Shown: piece by piece, positions 41,189 to 43,401 of the stretch
How the letters are laid out: each line of letters opens with the position of its first letter
Numbering within the stretch: position 1 is the first letter of the stretch
Virus record (IMG/VR): IMGVR_UViG_3300006217_000126
Strand: one strand, 5' to 3'
Length of the DNA stretch: 43,401 nt
Source: a virus
Position numbers and translations under genes: made by a program
The notes under the pieces: model-generated
Told to the model about the DNA's origin: nothing
Seen by the model: the letters and a program-made list of their open reading frames with translations, nothing else
Database searches by the model: none

Positions 41189-41488
41189 ATGATTCATGCA
41201 TTGAAAATAGAGTCATTATATTTTGAAGCGGCAAGAATAAAAAATTTTGAAGTCAGGGTGGAAGATCGTCCATATGAGCCAAACGATTATGTAGCATTGA
41301 ATGAATGGAATGATGAAAAATACACTGGCAGATGCATATTAAAAAAGATTGTTTATATTCTGTCTAATCCAGAATATTGCAAGGAAGGCTATATAATTTT
41401 AGGGTTGGAACCATGTGCGATCAGAACGCGGGGAGAAATGCGGGAGCCTATTTCATGCTATAAAGAGGTGCCGGTATATGAAAGATAA
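41189..41488 (+). CDS. DUF3850 / ASCH-like domain protein
   Basis: Contains MIHALKIESLYFEAARIKNFEVRVEDRPYEPNDYVALNEW...YTGR, typical of the family. Confidence 0.65.
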   Translation: MIHALKIESLYFEAARIKNFEVRVEDRPYEPNDYVALNEWNDEKYTGRCILKKIVYILSNPEYCKEGYIILGLEPCAIRTRGEMREPISCYKEVPVYER

Positions 41489-41595
41489 TAAAGCAGAGGA
41501 AAGCCTGCGGGAATTGTTAAACGGAGATCCGGATCTGAAAGCAGCCTTTAAAGAAACCATAGAGGAAATGCAAAAACCGGAAAACATAGAAAAAG
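41478..41595 (+). pseudogene. 5' fragment of the small early gene split by the IS insertion
   Basis: MKDNKAEESLRELLNGDPDLKAAFKETIEEMQKPENIEK, then the reading frame runs into IS sequence. The chimeric tail GNYSEPPLFKDEIRMT ends at 41645. Confidence 0.65.
41588..41595. repeat. Target-site duplication AGAAAAAG, left copy
   Basis: Identical to 77-84. Confidence 0.8.
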
Positions 41596-41612
41596 GTAAC
41601 TATTCAGAACCC
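41596..41612. repeat. IS terminal inverted repeat (transposase-distal end)
   Basis: GTAACTATTCAGAACCC. Confidence 0.75.
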
Positions 41613-41615
41613 CCC

Positions 41616-43061
41616 TTATTCAAAGATGAAATCAGGATGACCTGAGATTACATTTCTGATTGCTTCATAAGCATTGTATCCCTGCTTATGTGCTGTACCA
41701 ACATAGGACATGATTTTTAGATAATCTCTGGCACCTTCCTCAGTTCGGAAGCATCCGGATACTTTGGTTTTCACCTTTATCATCCGCAGATCTCGTTCCG
41801 CCTGGTTGTTATCAAACGGGACATGGAAGTTATGGATAAAAAGGCAGACTGAGGCCTTGTAATTCGCAAGGCGTTCTGCCAGGGCAAGGATTTTTCCTTT
41901 TTTCTTCCGTCCACGTTTTTTCTCCGTGGTTTCGGGAAGTGGATTTTCCTTCCGGGCCTGTTCGATAAGTTCATCATACTTCTTATCGAACTTATGATAA
42001 TGATAATAGCTCAGAGAGTCCTTTCCCTTCTCTACAGCTTTCTCTTTGGCCTTTTTCATTTCCAGTAAAAGGTCTATAAATGCAGATGCCCACTTCTGAT
42101 CCGGATGATTTTCATCAATCCCCGTTAATTCACGGAGAAGATGGGCACAGCAGACTGCATGCTGAATATCCGGATAATTCCAGTAGGAAGCCCAGCAGTC
42201 ATGCATGGCAATCCCTTTGAATTCCGGAAGAACGCCGCATTGCTCCATACCTGCAGTTCCACGTTTGGGACTGATATCAAGATAGGTGTATTCACAGTTT
42301 GAGGCGCCATGAACCCACCAGAGTTTTTTATCCACTCTGGTTCCGGTTTCGTCGAAATGTCCAAGCGCAGAACCGATCATCTTATCCTTGATCTTACCTA
42401 CTGTTTCACTCAGACTGTCAGCGCATCTTTTTACCATGCTGCTGACCGTTCCTGTTGCAATCGGAATGTTAAATACTCCGGAAAGAATCTCATGGGTACG
42501 TTTGATGCTGACTGCGCCTACGGTATTTAGTGCAACAGCTAATGCCTGAAGGTTTTCACCATACTGTACGGTTGCTTTTACGTCAGAAGGGAAAGCACCT
42601 GTGCGGGTATCTCCATGCAGCATACAGACTGGAAGTTCCAGTGCCTGATGCTCCGTTACATTGACTGTAACAACCGCGTCAATAACATGGCGTTTCTGCG
42701 CAATACATGCAGTGCCTTTGCATATCTGATAATGCTGGCATCCTTTACATGCGGAGGGCATATGTTTGACTATTTCATCCGGAGCTGTTATTACCGCTAA
42801 ATGTATCCCCTGATGTCCATCCTGTCCACCGACCTTTTTTCCGGATGGTTTGCGCAGACTCTTAGGAGCAGGTTTTTTATAGCCGTCACTTGAAGGTGGT
42901 TTGGAACTGTTTTTGGAGTTCTTATTAAGCTGTCCCTTCAGTTCCTGTATGGTCTGATTTAACTCAGCAATAGTTGCTGTGAGAATTTCATTTTGCCTGA
43001 GCAATGAAGCATTCTGTTCAAGCAATTGCTGAACCATTTCAAGTGTAACATTTACTGGCAT
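41616..43061 (-). CDS. IS66-family transposase (TnpC-like)
   Basis: 481 aa. N-terminal heptad/leucine-zipper region, Cys cluster CKGCQHYQICKGTAC, and the motifs HFDETGT, MHDCWASYW and CCAHLLREL. Confidence 0.85.
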   Translation of the reverse strand: MPVNVTLEMVQQLLEQNASLLRQNEILTATIAELNQTIQELKGQLNKNSKNSSKPPSSDGYKKPAPKSLRKPSGKKVGGQDGHQGIHLAVITAPDEIVKHMPSACKGCQHYQICKGTACIAQKRHVIDAVVTVNVTEHQALELPVCMLHGDTRTGAFPSDVKATVQYGENLQALAVALNTVGAVSIKRTHEILSGVFNIPIATGTVSSMVKRCADSLSETVGKIKDKMIGSALGHFDETGTRVDKKLWWVHGASNCEYTYLDISPKRGTAGMEQCGVLPEFKGIAMHDCWASYWNYPDIQHAVCCAHLLRELTGIDENHPDQKWASAFIDLLLEMKKAKEKAVEKGKDSLSYYHYHKFDKKYDELIEQARKENPLPETTEKKRGRKKKGKILALAERLANYKASVCLFIHNFHVPFDNNQAERDLRMIKVKTKVSGCFRTEEGARDYLKIMSYVGTAHKQGYNAYEAIRNVISGHPDFIFE

Positions 43062-43324
43062 TCAGACCACCTTCTTCCGTTAAATTTGATACTTCTATTT
43101 TAACGGAAAATGGTCCAAAAAGCGAATCGTGTCGTTTTGATATACTGTCAAAATGACGGTGGATAAACAGTAAAAAACAAGAGCTAATTGCCGGTAACAC
43201 TCGGATAAAATCCACAATTACTCTGTTATCTGTGATACAACTGGGGAATTATGTTTCAGTAATCCACAACCCAAAAGCACTTGGCAGTTATACTAGAAAG
43301 TTATCCACTTTTTACACTAAAGCA

Positions 43325-43401
43325 ATGACGAAACAGAAATTTTATTTTCTCTGTTTTGTCCAAAAATCAATGTGCCCTTAACAGGGTGCTGAACAGTTAC
43401 A
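43325..43401. repeat. Terminal direct repeat, exact copy of 1-77
   Basis: Same 77 nt as the window start. Confidence 0.95.
43384..43400. repeat. IS terminal inverted repeat (transposase-proximal end)
   Basis: The reverse complement reads GTAACTGTTCAGCACCC. Confidence 0.75.

Larger units (their letters stand above)
41596..43400 (-). mobile_element. IS66-family insertion sequence, single-ORF type (1805 bp)
   Basis: Bounded by GTAA-initiated imperfect inverted repeats (15/17) and an 8-bp direct duplication. Contains one transposase ORF. Confidence 0.8.

Noticed and set aside
43062-43324. Phage origin or regulatory region upstream of the first early genes
   Set aside because: Once the IS boundaries were located (41596-43400), this stretch proved to be the internal leader of the IS, not phage backbone.

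Overview
The window is a complete, circularly permuted genome of a temperate, contractile-tailed phage. Its first 77 nt are identical to its last 77 nt, so the unique length is 43324 bp. The gene families suggest a low-GC Firmicutes or Clostridia-type host; this is inferred, since no search was possible.

Gene order on the + strand:
- Early genes: DEDDh exonuclease and small ORFs.
- A putative late activator, then a packaging module with HNH endonuclease, P27-type small terminase and large terminase.
- An HK97-type head module: portal, ClpP-like protease, major capsid and connectors.
- A PBSX/Xkd-like tail module: sheath, tube, frameshifted chaperone, tape measure, LysM protein, baseplate and a glycine-rich fibre.
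- A lysis cassette with holin and a CHAP endolysin carrying cell-wall-binding repeats.

Next come a small-gene cargo cluster and an attP carrying the 3' end of a tRNA. On the - strand sit a tyrosine integrase, a Uma2-type endonuclease, an ImmA-like peptidase and an XRE repressor. These face a Cro-like gene across a three-operator switch.

The right arm holds unknown early genes, including a GC-richer cassette, followed by:
- a small HUH-type Rep candidate followed by a tandem DnaA-box array;
- an RNase H-like gene, two orphan adenine methyltransferases, a small HNH protein, SSB and ParA/ParB;
- a methyltransferase-like remnant and a DUF3850-like gene.

A single-ORF IS66-family element has inserted into a small early gene and spans the contig junction. 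It has GTAA-type inverted repeats and an 8-bp target duplication.

I found no rRNA, no intact tRNA, no CRISPR array and no reverse transcriptase or DGR. I did not recognise a clear-cut novel multi-gene system. The best candidates for something undescribed are the Rep plus DnaA-box origin module, the cargo cluster between endolysin and attP, and the GC-rich early cassette with its TAA-interrupted ORF. All functional calls rest on motif recognition by eye and need profile searches.
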